From the NCBI GenBank assembly GCA_002189035.1, contig CM007989.1:2232001-2296000 (forward strand): a stretch of 64,000 nt of DNA. Direction: 5' to 3'. The position numbers were made by a program, and so were the translations under genes. A model generated the notes under the pieces. That model ran no database searches. It was not told the DNA's origin and saw only the letters and a list, made by a program, of their open reading frames with translations. Position 1 is the first letter of the stretch, and every line of letters begins with the position of its first letter. Below, piece by piece: positions 25,260 to 37,260 of the stretch. The DNA is from Utricularia gibba (taxonomy: Eukaryota; Plantae; Magnoliophyta).

Positions 25260-27327
25260 ATGGCTTCCGCCGTGTTAGCGAGCCAGAATGAGTCGACTTG
25301 GGCTCCAATGGGGAAAATTACCTACTCAAGCCCTCATATGACCGCCAACCCTAATCCCAACTCCAAGAAGAAACAGAAGCAATTCCACGAAAACGCCGCC
25401 CGGTATCACCAGACTCGTCATCTTCAGCATAACAGCAGCAACTTCGATTCCCCCGTTGTCACGCAGACGGCGTCCGATGACGCGTATTCCTTCAACCAGC
25501 CGTCTACGAGCCGCAACGCTGTTAATTACGGTGGGTATTTGACTTTCGAGGTGTCTACTTACTCAAAGACCGAGCTTGTATCGCTGAGGAAACGACTACT
25601 GGCTGAGCTCGACCAAGTTCGGGAGTTTCGTAGTCGGGTTGAGACTGGAGGGTTGGAGATTTCAAAATCGAAAGTGAAATCGAAAAAGGTAGTTGGGAAT
25701 ACCAAGTACGTGTCTGCGGTTGGCTCAGTTCCTAAGAAATTGAGAAACGAGAATGACGCGGTCTGTTCTGATGCTGTATCTGTTGAAGTTTTGTTGAAGG
25801 AATGTGGCAAGATAGTCTCAAAATTGATCAGCCACAAGCACGGATACGTATTTCGGTTACCGGTGGATGCTGCTGCTTTGGGTCTTCACGATTATCACAT
25901 GATTGTGAAGAGACCCATGGATCTGGGGACTGTCAAAAGTAACCTTTCCAAGGGTATGTATGCTACGCCTGTCGAATTTGCTTCTGATGTTAGGCTAACT
26001 TTCAATAACGCGCTGCTGTACAACCCCAAGAGTGACCCTGTTCATGGTATGGCGGAGCAACTTTTAGCTCGATTCGAGGAATTGTTTAGACCAGTACAGG
26101 ACAAGATGGACATGCATTTGAATCGGGGAAGAGAGGAATATTGCGAGTATGGGGATAATGGGGAGCTGCAGCTTGGTGCTATTGACGAGCTGCAGGGCAG
26201 CTCTTGGAATAATATGAATCAAGTTGTTAGTTCACCCTCGAGATCAAAGAAAGTGAAGTCGAAATCCAGTCCCGTTGATCAGGTTTTCAAGAAGCTCGAT
26301 CGGCTTCCAGTAACAGGGCAGGCCCATTCTAGTGCATCTACGCCATCTAATCCTCCACCTCCCGTGAATCAAGCGCAGTTGGTCAAAGAGCTCACTCCGT
26401 CTCCTGTGAGAGCCCCCCCTCCAGTTAAGGAACAGAAGATGGGGCGAGGGGCGACAGTCAGACAGCCGAAGCCAAAGGCCAAAGATCCTAATAAACGAGA
26501 TATGAGCATGGAGGAAAAGCAGAAACTTGGGCTTGGATTGCAAAGTCTGCCCCAAGAAAAAATGCCCCAACTAATACAGATTATTAGGAAGAGAAATGAG
26601 CATTTGGCTCAAGATGGTGATGAAATCGAACTCGACATTGAGGCCCTTGACACTGAAACACTTTGGGAGCTTGATCGTTTTGTGACGAATTGGAAGAAGA
26701 TGGTCAGCAAGACAAAGAGACAAGCATTGATGATGAACTATAACGCGGATGGTGGACTAGCTCCTCCTGCTCCCTCCTCAATGGATGCTGAACACGATGT
26801 GGTGAGTGTTAATTGCTGTCATTCAGTATGCCTTGTGTTGATTGATAGAACTTTTCTTGTAGAAATGGGCTTGTGGGGCGGTGTCTCTTCTATTATTTTT
26901 GTCATTTACGCTGGCTATTAATTCTGTAGGCTGGTGTAATGATCGACAAGAATAATGATGTTGCAACAAAAGTGAAGGAGAACGAGGATGAAGATGTAGA
27001 TATCGATGATGATACACCCGCAGCAAGCTTCCCCCCAGTAGATATCGAAAAAGATGAAGGGGCACCTGGTGGGGGTGGGTGGTGGTGCTCTCGAGCAAGA
27101 TCTACATCAAGATCAAGATCGAGTTCACGGGCACCATCCTCGTGCTAGTAGCAGTAGCAGTTCTGGTAGCTCAAGCAGCGGCTCTTCATCATCGAGCGGT
27201 ATTAGATGCTTTGGCCCCTCCAGTAACTGCTTTCACGGCTATATGCTAAAATGACTGCGATCTTGCAGATTCCGATTCTGGAAGCTCTTCCGGAAGTGAA
27301 TCCGATGCCGATGACGCCCACTCTTGA
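25260..27327 (+). CDS. GTE: GTE-family bromodomain plus ET-domain transcription factor (GTE2/GTE7-like); apparent frameshift at about 27068-27080
   Basis: MASAVLAS start, bromodomain (HKHGYVFRLPVD, KRPMDLGTVK, RLTFNNALLYNP), ET domain (RDMSMEEKQKLGLGLQSLP, EIELDIEALDTETLWEL), Ser-rich tail ending DADDAHS*. Confidence 0.92.
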
Positions 27328-27863
27328 TGATTCACATCTAACGCCATGTTTGGTTTGTAGCTGCTGCCTCCTCCTCTACGTACGTTGCTGGATGGATGGC
27401 GGACTGGAAGTTGTTCTTTTCACAACAATCCCTAGACATTGGACAGCTGCTTGAAAAGCTTGATCATCACAACTTCGCAGGAAGCTGATGCGCAGGAAGA
27501 ATTTTAGGAGTATATTCGTGTTTGTTTGTAATGAAATTGAATGAATTTGTTGTGATTCCTCAGGCTGGTATCGTTGTCTAAGAGAGGGACCAACCCATTG
27601 CACAGTTTTCCCACTTGGTACGAGAATCTCCTCTTCGTATTTATCACATGATCTGTTGTCCGCAACATCAACCACAACTTCTGGAAAAAAAGAAGAAAGA
27701 ATGGCTGACTGACAATCACACGAGAATAAAAGATTTGACTTTGGATGCTTGCAATGTAGAACCCGCTGGCGTTACAGTTTAACAAAAAAATATCTGAAGG
27801 CTCGAAAGCGAAAGATCGATGAAAAGGAGCTGTCCCATGCAACACTCCTCCCGTTCCAGACAT

Positions 27864-30438
27864 CTACTTCTTCACCTCCTCGTAATCCGCCTCCGGCGGC
27901 TGATCACCTTTGGGACCGTCGGAGGAGCCGCTGCCGGACATGTGCTGCCCTATTTTCGAAACAGCACGGTTTGCTGCGTCCAACTTCGACTTGATGTCAT
28001 CAATGTTGTCTGTCGCCATGGCACTTCTCAAGTCGGACACGGCTGTCTGAATTTCGGAAACCACTTCCCCGGGGATCTTGTCCTTGTATTCATTTAGGCT
28101 CTTCTCGATGCTGTAGATCGTCGTGTCTGCGTTGTTCCTAATGTCGATCAGTGCCTTCCGTTCCTGATCCTTCTGAGCATGCATCTCCGCTTCCTTCACC
28201 ATCTTTTCAATCTCATGATCTGACAGACCACCAGATGAACGTATTGTAATCTGCTGCTCCTTCCCGGTGGTCTTGTCTTTTGCAGAAACGGTGACAATCC
28301 CGTTGGCATCGATGTCAAATGTCACTTCAATCTGAGGCATTCCTCTGGGAGCTGGAGGAATGCCAACCAGATCAAATTCACCAAGGAGTTTGTTGTCCGA
28401 GGCCATTTCCCTCTCTCCTTGCAACACCTTGATACCCACCTGGGTTTGGTTGTCAGCTGCTGTGGAGAATGTCTGCAAAATTGCAGCGTGAGAAGAGTGA
28501 GCTAATTTGCTTCCAAAAAAATAGATAAATAAATAAACTGGGTACGTAACAAATAGTTCACCTGGCTCTTCTTTGTGGGAATCGTCGTGTTTCTACTGAT
28601 CAATCGGGTGAAGATGCCACCCAGCGTCTCGATACCGAGAGAAAGAGGAGTGACATCGAGCAGAAGCAGCTCCTTCACATCACCTTTCAATATGGCTCCC
28701 TGGATCGCAGCACCCATTGCGACCGCCTCGTCTGGATTCACACCTTTGCTAGGAGTCTTCCCAAAGATCTCAGTAACTACTTCTTGGACCTTGGGCACAC
28801 GAGTCATCCCACCAACGAGGAGGACTTCATCAACATCCTTGGTAGATATCCCAGCGTCCTTCAAACAACTCTTGCATGGTGCCTTGGTTCTTTCGATTAG
28901 GCTGCTCACCAAAGCTTCAAACTTTGATCTTGTCAAAGTTATATTCAAATGCTTCGCGCCAGATGAATCCGCAGTTATGAAGGGAAGGTTGATTTCAGTT
29001 TGTGAGGTAGACGAAAGCTCTATTTTGGCCTTCTCAGCTGCCTCTCGGAGTCTTTGCAGCGCAAGCCTGTCCTTTGCCAAGTCAATGCCTTCTGTCCTCT
29101 TAAACTCGCCTACCAGGAACTCCAACAGGGTGTTATCGAAGTCCTCTCCTCCCAAAAACGTATCGCCATTGGTTGCTTTTACCTATACAACACAGGTGAT
29201 TACTGTGGGAGCTATGAAATAAATAATGAAACGGTGAAATTATCAAATCGTTTCTTACCTCAAAAACACCACCCGAAATCTCCAAAATAGACACATCAAA
29301 AGTTCCACCTCCAAGATCGAAAACAGCAACTAACCCTCTTTGTTGTTCAATCCATATGAAAGTGCAGCTGCTGTAGGCTCATTGATGATTCTTTCAACAT
29401 CAAGCCCGGCTATTCTGCCAGCGTCTTTGGTAGCTTGCCTCTGTGCATCATTGAAATAAGCCGGAACAGTGATGACAGCTTTACTTATGGACTTATTGAG
29501 ATAGGCTTCAGCTGTTTCCTTCATTTTTGTCAAAACAAAAGCACCAATCTGACTTGCAGAATACTGTTGCCCATTAGCTTCAACCCATGCATCTCCGTTG
29601 GGTGCCTTGACAATCTTATACGGGACCATTTTCATCTCCTTTTGTGTCTGAGGATCGTCAAACCTTCTTCCGATGAGCCTTTTAGTTCCAAAAACTGTAT
29701 TCGTTGGGTTTGTCACAGCTTGTCTCTTTGCTGGGGTTCCCACCAGAAGCTCTCCTTTTTGGTTGAAAGCAACAACTGATGGAGTTGTTCGAGCTCCCTC
29801 AGAGTTCTCAATAACCTTTGGGGTCTGAATAAAACATTTTGTGCATGGTCAGCCACGGAATCTGAAAAGAATGTATTCAGTGACAATGATGCAAGAAGCG
29901 AAAAATACCTTTCCCTCTGAAACGGCTACACAAGAATTTGTAGTACCTAAATCAATCCCGATAATCTCAGTACCAGCTGGTTTTGTGCTGCAAGAAAAAC
30001 ATAGCATAATCAAGAATATGGAAAAAAAACTGTTCCAAATTTGAAGTAGATGAAAGCACCACCATACCTGTACGCACGGGTAAGACTAGCCCAATTGTTA
30101 CCCGCCTTCCACGAAGGTTTTGCATTTCCCGCTAACTGCATCGACATACAAGAATCACGACAGATATTCTTTCAGTCAAAACCAGAACATACAACAAAGT
30201 AGCGAGCGCGAGAAAAAAAATACATGATTCCAAATAGCTTAAACCATGGTTCCAGATAGCTGAAGTTTCATAATCCAACTCTAAGAACCAAGCAGAGAGC
30301 AAACCCATTCACAGCACGCAATACTAACAAAACCCAGGCGATAGAAAAATAATAAGTTCGACGAAAGAAGCTCACAGTTGTAAACGCAGGAGAGAATTCA
30401 CGACGCCGCAGAGATCTCACAAGAAGAGAGGCCGCCAT
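27864..30438 (-). CDS. HSP70: Mitochondrial HSP70 (mtHsc70), copy 1; apparent 1-nt frameshift at 29334-29336
   Basis: Presequence [54 protein letters not shown]-terminal EADYEEVKK typical of plant mtHsc70. Confidence 0.95.
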
Positions 30439-30508
30439 CACCAAAACCAATAGAAAGGGAATGCTCCGATAGGGTTTATGAAGCAACTGTGGGAGGGTTT
30501 GGGAGGAC

Positions 30509-30523
30509 GGAAAGTTCCAGATG
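30509..30523. promoter_or_regulatory. Possible heat-shock element upstream of HSP70 copy 1
   Basis: gGAAagTTCcaGATg is an imperfect nGAAnnTTCnnGAAn about 70 nt upstream of the ATG. A telo-box TAGGGTTT lies at about 30471. Confidence 0.35.
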
Positions 30524-30923
30524 CATCACATTTCTAAAGGTGCTTTGTATATATATGTTCAAAATAACAATATTTTTATACAAAAGGTATGTATTATTTT
30601 AACTTTCTGATTTTATAAAATTAATTATTTTCTAAATTATTATTGACATGCAGAGCAATATTTTGGTGGACAATATAAATTATTTTTAAAAAATGTGAAG
30701 CAATTTCTTCATCATATATTGTATGTATAATAATATTTCATAAATAATTAGTTGAAAAGACAACAGTAGAATAAATACGGAAATGAAAAAACATCAATTG
30801 TTCGATGTTAAATCCGTGCACAAAAAAAAAAAAAAAAAAAAAAAACAGTCAACCGCATTTCTGTAAAAAATATTCACCTATGCGCAACAGAGAACAGAGA
30901 GAGAGAGGCAAATAGTAGCAGAC

Positions 30924-33090
30924 CTAAAGCCGAAGATATCCAGCTTTCTCTGCTCTATCTCCATATAGTCCGGCGCTCCGAGCAAATGATCTCCAACTGA
31001 GAGACCAACTTCTGGTCAACTGTTTCCGGTGCTGCCAAGCCGCGGCACGTCTATAGAGAGCTGGAAAGGTGAAGCAGAGGAGGACTATCGCCAGTGTTGC
31101 GACCCCCAGGATGATCACGTTGCGGAAACCTTCCTTGGTTTCAGGGTTCCGTTGCCCGGTCCATGGGACTCCTCCCACGTTCATCCCGAAAACTGTTTCA
31201 ATAGGATAACCCCAACGAAGGGGAGTGATGAGATTAAATTCGTGCCTGGACAAAATATGATGACCAGAAGGAACTTTGCAAATGGCCTAATTCTGCTATA
31301 TGCTCTTCTGGTGTTTCATGCTGTAATGGGAAACATGTGCAAGAAAACATAACAATATCTACCAGAGAAAAGGACTTCTAAGTGTTTGGAATTCATGGAG
31401 CAATCATTTAGTTGCAGGAGCGGTTAGTTATCAACGAAATAGCACACACCATAACACCCCATTGCCTGAAGCTCAAGCAGAATACTAACCTCCGGTGATG
31501 ATTGATAGGGGTAGAAATATGATGGAGAGGAACGAGAGAAAGTATAGCTTTCTGTGTATCTGCTCGGCCTGCCAACTGTCAAGTCCAGCTTGAATTGCTG
31601 TTATGCGGTTTGCTACGAAGCCAACGTTTTCCTTTAGTCTCCTTATCTGTGCAACTAATTCTTCCAAGGCGTTCACATCCTCTTGGCTGAGCCACTCCTT
31701 CAAGGAGCACTTTTCCTTGACTCGTGGGAAAACTTGCTCACTGTGAGCAATCACCTGCGGTTAGCCAAGAGCAGAGTTCATAATGACACTGTTGTCAGTG
31801 CAATTCATGCATCTGGTGCAGAAGATGTTCATAATGAAGTACTAAAATTTTCAAAACACAGCTGCAAATCCTGTTCCTAAAATGCACATTTAGCTGATTA
31901 CGGCCCTCATAGTGATTTGTCATTCGGTATCAGAGAAGTATCATTTACCTGCAACAAGCGTTGCAAGTCGAGATGCATTCTAGGAAGTATTCTCTCATCC
32001 AACACCTGTTTCTTCAAACCAAAACCACCTGCAAGATGAAAAACATGTCATAGCCAAAGTAGCAATGGGAGTTAAAAAGAAATCATACAACCTTCAAATT
32101 TGTTCCTTTTAGCTTTAAGGTATACATAGGCACAATGAATGCCCTATGGCCATACACCTCAGAAGCTAAAACCTTGGAATACTTGCACCAAAAAAGAATG
32201 ACTTAAAAATGATGATGCGATGGTTCGTATCTAAAAGAGTACATAGAGGACTTCATGATGCAGTTAAGAGAATGAAGAAGAAAAAAACTACTGAAATTTC
32301 GGCAGTCAAGAAAGGCACATTGCACAAAGTGACTCCAGTGAATATGAAAAATCATACCTCTGTCAAGATCAATTTCAATGGTGTCCAATTCCATCTCAAG
32401 TGCCGTCAAGACATCTTGAAGGTGGTCCACATGTGTATCAATTATATGAACCACAAGATTAGAGACTGATCTAGGAATACGATTGTCAGCTCCTTCAGAA
32501 TGATTCATGGTCAAAAGAGACTCAAGGAGTCGCTCATTGATCACAAACCCTTGCCTACCACTCTTTATCGAGGATTCAACAGCAGGGATCTCAGAAAGCA
32601 AAGATTTATCGGCTGGCGAAAATTCCAGCCTTGGAACTCGTCCCATTGAAACTGTGATGATGGAGTTTTCTGTAACTCTTGCTGCAATTCTAAACGCAAA
32701 CTTGCCGGAAGCAGGGCGTGGTGAGTTGACTCTAAATACAAGAGCACCATCTACATACCCACAAAAGGGCCCGTTGGTCACAAGTGAGAGTATATCCTGA
32801 AGCTTCAATGGAGGGCATAGAATGCTTATGAGGTACTGGGCAACTTGTGTTAGCTTCTCATGGTCTTTGGGGAGCTCCACATGATACCAACAAAACTCCT
32901 TTCCTTTACCTGGAGCCAAATCCCATTCTTTGTTGTAATAATTTCCATCGCCATCAAATATATAAGCCTTTTGCTTCACGGCTCCCGGATAGCGAGAATT
33001 GTGTATATGGATCTCCCTTACACTTGTTCCAGGACCTGATTTTTCAATATCAGGATTCCTTTCCACGCCATCAATGCCAATTATCTCCAT
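30924..33090 (-). CDS. CorA/ZntB-like divalent cation transporter family protein
   Basis: KAYIFDGDGNYYNKEWDL N-terminal motif, helical region, then LSIIFLPLSIITG-VFGMNVGGVPW (GMN signature) and a second TM helix. Four exons, frames consistent. Confidence 0.9.
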
Positions 33091-34281
33091 CAAGAACCAA
33101 CAAAATCAATTCATGAATGTTTGGGGTTCTATTACACGTTATCCTGAACACCAGTCTCCCACCCAGGCCAAGGGATCTGTAGTTCAAGAAAACATGGGAG
33201 TGAAGCTCGCATCCCTTAATAACAAGACGACCACCTGAATCTACTCACGAATCAACATATCAAATTACAATAACAATCTTACAGCAGGTGTTCTCTACTC
33301 CTTCCACATGAAAAACAGAGATCAGGAACAGTCGTGATCCAAATTCCGTCCCGAGCGCGAATTACAAACTTCCAAAATTAGACCACAGAATCCAATATTG
33401 AGGTCGCAAATATGATCTTTTGGAGTTAGCGGCTTTGCCCAGAACCACGAATAAGTTCTTTTTCTCAGAAAACGTCGATGAATACGACTTGAAAAGGGAT
33501 AAGGGGGAAATTGAGACTGATTCAAAACGGAAACATTAAAGTCTCCTCGCAGAAGCTTCCATGAAGTATCCTCTTGCATCCGCATCCCGGTGTCAACTCC
33601 TCAAATCTGAGAGCCTGTTCAAAAAAAAAAGACCGTAAATTCTGAAAATTAACTCAACTAATCCCCAACCCTGTTTCCATGTTTAAAAAACAAGTTCAAC
33701 ATTTTGATTTGCCGGTAAGAAAGGGTGAGAATTTCCCCCAGGAAAAAGTAGTTTGATCAGTGTGATTTGCATGTTCGTACCTATTCGACAACCCGAAATG
33801 GTGAACCCGCGAACCGTTCAACAACCCGAAATGCTGTAGCCTAATGCCATAACTTTCTTCGGTTGCTCTGTTCTACTTGGCTTTTCTCATCCACATGGTG
33901 TCAGTTACTTGACCATCTTTCCCCCCTGCGACCCATAAATAGCTATTCGCTCTATAAAAGTTCCCACCTCCCAAAACCCTGCACTTCTCCGGCCACCGTC
34001 TGCGGCATGTCTCCCCTCATGTTTCCTCAGTTGGATTCCCACCTGAAGTGAACTTTAATTTAACTTCAATGCCGCACCCTAATAAAATTCTTGACCACAA
34101 AAAATTTTATGAGGTTTATTCATGAAACAACGTTTCAAGCCACCGCTGGTTCGACACCAAGAAAATAGCAGCTTGACTTTAATTTCGCCAAGAATCCCAT
34201 AGCTTGAATCGAAGCAACCGCGAAAGGGAGATCGACACATCAGATGCTGCAGGATCACCCAGTTTCATGCCAAGAATCGAC

Positions 34282-36855
34282 CTATTTCTTTACCTCATCG
34301 TACTCCGCCTCCGGAGGCTGATCACCACTGTCTTTGGGACCGTCGGAGGAGCCGCTGCCGGACATGTGCTGGCCAATTTTCGAAACAGCACGGTTTGCTG
34401 CGTCCAACTTTGACTTGATGTCATCAATGTTGTCTGTCACCATGGCGCTTCGCAAATCGGACACGGCTGTCTGTATTTCGGAAACCACTTCCCCAGGGAT
34501 CTTGTCCTTGTATTCGTTTAGGCTCTTCTCGATGCTGTAGATCGTTGTGTCTGCGTTGTTCCTAATGTCGATCAGTGCCTTCCTTTCCTGATCCTTCTGA
34601 GCATGCACCTCGGCTTCCTTGACCATCTTTTCAATCTCATGATCTGACAGACCACCAGATGAACGTATTGTAATCTGCTGCTCCTTCCCGGTGGTCTTGT
34701 CTTTTGCAGAAACGGTGACAATCCCGTTGGCATCGATGTCAAATGTCACTTCAATCTGAGGCATTCCTCTGGGAGCTGGAGGAATGCCAACCAGATCAAA
34801 TTCACCAAGGAGTTTGTTGTCCGAGGCCATTTCCCTCTCTCCTTGCAACACCTTGATACCCACCTGGTTTGGTTGTCAGCTGCTGTGGAGAATGTCTGCA
34901 AAATTGCAGCGTGAGAAGAGTGAGCTAATTTGCTTCCAAAAAAATAGATAAATAAATAAACTGGGTACGTAACAAATAGTTCACCTGGCTCTTCTTTGTG
35001 GGAATCGTCGTGTTTCTACTGATCAATCGGGTGAAGATGCCACCCAGCGTCTCGATACCGAGAGAAAGAGGAGTGACATCGAGCAGAAGCAGCTCCTTCA
35101 CATCACCTTTCAATATGGCTCCCTGGATCGCGGCACCCATTGCCACGGCCTCGTCTGGATTCACACCCTTGCTAGGAGTCTTCCCAAAGATCTCAGTAAC
35201 TATTTCTTGGACCTTGGGCACACGAGTCATCCCACCAACGAGGAGGACTTCGTCAACATCCTTGGTAGATATCCCAGCGTCCTTCAAACAACTCTTGCAT
35301 GGCGCCTTGGTTCTTTCGATTAGATTGCTCACCAAAGCTTCAAACTTTGATCTTGTCAAAGTTATATTCAAATGCTTCGCGCCAGATGAATCTGCAGTTA
35401 TGAAGGGAAGATTAATTTCGGTCTGTGAGGTAGACGAAAGCTCTATTTTGGCCTTCTCAGCTGCCTCTCGGAGTCTTTGCAGCGCAAGCCTGTCCTTCGC
35501 CAAGTCAATGCCTTCTGTCCTCTTAAACTCGCCTACCAGGAACTCCAACAGGGTGTTATCGAAGTCCTCTCCTCCAAGAACGTATCGCCATTGGTTGCTT
35601 TGACCTACGCAAGGCAAATCATTACCGAGGGTTCCATGAAACACAGAGGAAAAATACTAAAGTTGACGGTTTCATACCTCAAAAACGCCCCCAGATATCT
35701 CCAAAATCGATACGTCAAAAGTTCCACCTCCAAGATCGAAAACAGCAACTAAGCCCTCTTTGTTGTTCAATCCATATGAAAGTGCAGCTGCTGTAGGCTC
35801 ATTTATGATTCTTTCAACATCAAGGCCCGCTATTCTGCCAGCGTCTTTGGTAGCTTGCCTCTGTGCATCATTGAAATAGGCCGGGACAGTGATGACAGCT
35901 TTACTTATGGACTTATTGAGATAAGCTTCAGCTGTTTCCTTCATTTTTTTCAAAACAAAAGCACCAATTTGACTTGCAGAATATTGTTGCCCATTAGCTT
36001 CAACCCACGCATCTCCGTTGGGTGCCTTGACAATCTTATACGGGACCATTTTCATCTCCTTTTGTGTCTGAGGATCGTCAAACCTTCTTCCGATGAGCCT
36101 TTTCGTTCCAAAAACCGTGTTCGTTGGGTTTGTCACAGCTTGTCTCTTTGCTGGGGTTCCCACCAGAAGCTCTCCTTTTTGGTTGAAAGCAACGACTGAT
36201 GGAGTTGTTCGAGCTCCCTCAGAGTTCTCAATAACCTTTGGGGTCTGAATAAAGCATTTGGAACACGGTCAGCTACGGAATCTGAAATAATGTATTCAGT
36301 GTCATTGATCCAAGAAGCGAAAAATACCTTTCCCTCTGAAACGGCTACACAAGAATTTGTAGTGCCTAAATCAATCCCGATAATCTCATTTCCAGCTGGT
36401 TTTGTGCTGACAAAAAAACAGAGTATCTTCAAAAACCCAACAGCATAAGCTCTAAATACTGCTTACATTGCTAAGGAAATGAAATCAACGTACCTGAATG
36501 GGCGGGCAATACTGGCCCATTTGTTACCCAGCATCCACGAAGGCTTGGTATTACCCGCCAACTGCGGACAACAATGAATTGACATATATTCTTCTGTGAA
36601 ACGCCAAATCATACAACAAACTTGACAATCAATAGAGCGAGAAAATATGTAACAGTATTTTACGTGGTTCCAAAAACTTTCATTTTTATAATACAATTCT
36701 AAGAACACATACCGAAGGAAAATACCATTGGGAGCGTTGAAAATACTAGCAAATCCTAGATCGAAAAAGTGAAATCAACGGAAGGAGCTCACAGTTGTAA
36801 ACGCAGGAGATAATTCACGACGACGTAGAGATCGCAGGAGAACAGACGCCGCCAT
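34282..36855 (-). CDS. HSP70: Mitochondrial HSP70 (mtHsc70), copy 2; apparent 1-nt frameshifts at 35574-35575 and 34866-34867
   Basis: Same exon structure as copy 1, presequence [14 protein letters not shown], ends EAEYDEVKK. Both indels are visible by direct comparison with copy 1. Confidence 0.93.
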
Positions 36856-37260
36856 CGCCAAAACCAATCGCAAAGCTACTCCAAGGAGACCGCAGGGTTT
36901 AGGGTTTATGGACAAGAAGTCCAGAAGGTTAATAAATACCTTTTCCAGAATCCGTTGGCTTCTTTCCCAAGGCAAAGTCGTCTCTCATTTCGTTGTTAAT
37001 ATAAAATAAAAATTAATTTGAAATAGAACACGAACTTCAGTGTGTAATTAAATTGATTAATTTGATTAATCACGGGATTAGGGTGGTTAATTGAGCATCC
37101 TTATTCTATCTGGTTTAGGAAGAAACCTTTTTATTTTCATTTATTTTGATTCTTTTACCGGTTTATTGTTGATTTATTATTTTTTTTTCTTTTTTGGCGT
37201 TGGCACACGATTTGAACGCTTACACACTGGGTTCAACGTTCTGTGCTCGTCAAATTTCAA

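Noticed and set aside
30822-30845. 24-nt poly(A) run as a retrocopy tail
   Set aside because: No adjacent processed gene or TSD; simple homopolymer between two genes.
34148-34158. tRNA B-box-like GGTTCGACACC
   Set aside because: No A-box, acceptor stem or cloverleaf around it.
28575-35603. Plus-strand ORFs of 215 and 201 aa opposite the HSP70 genes
   Set aside because: Well-known antisense open frames of HSP70 coding sequence; no independent gene signals.
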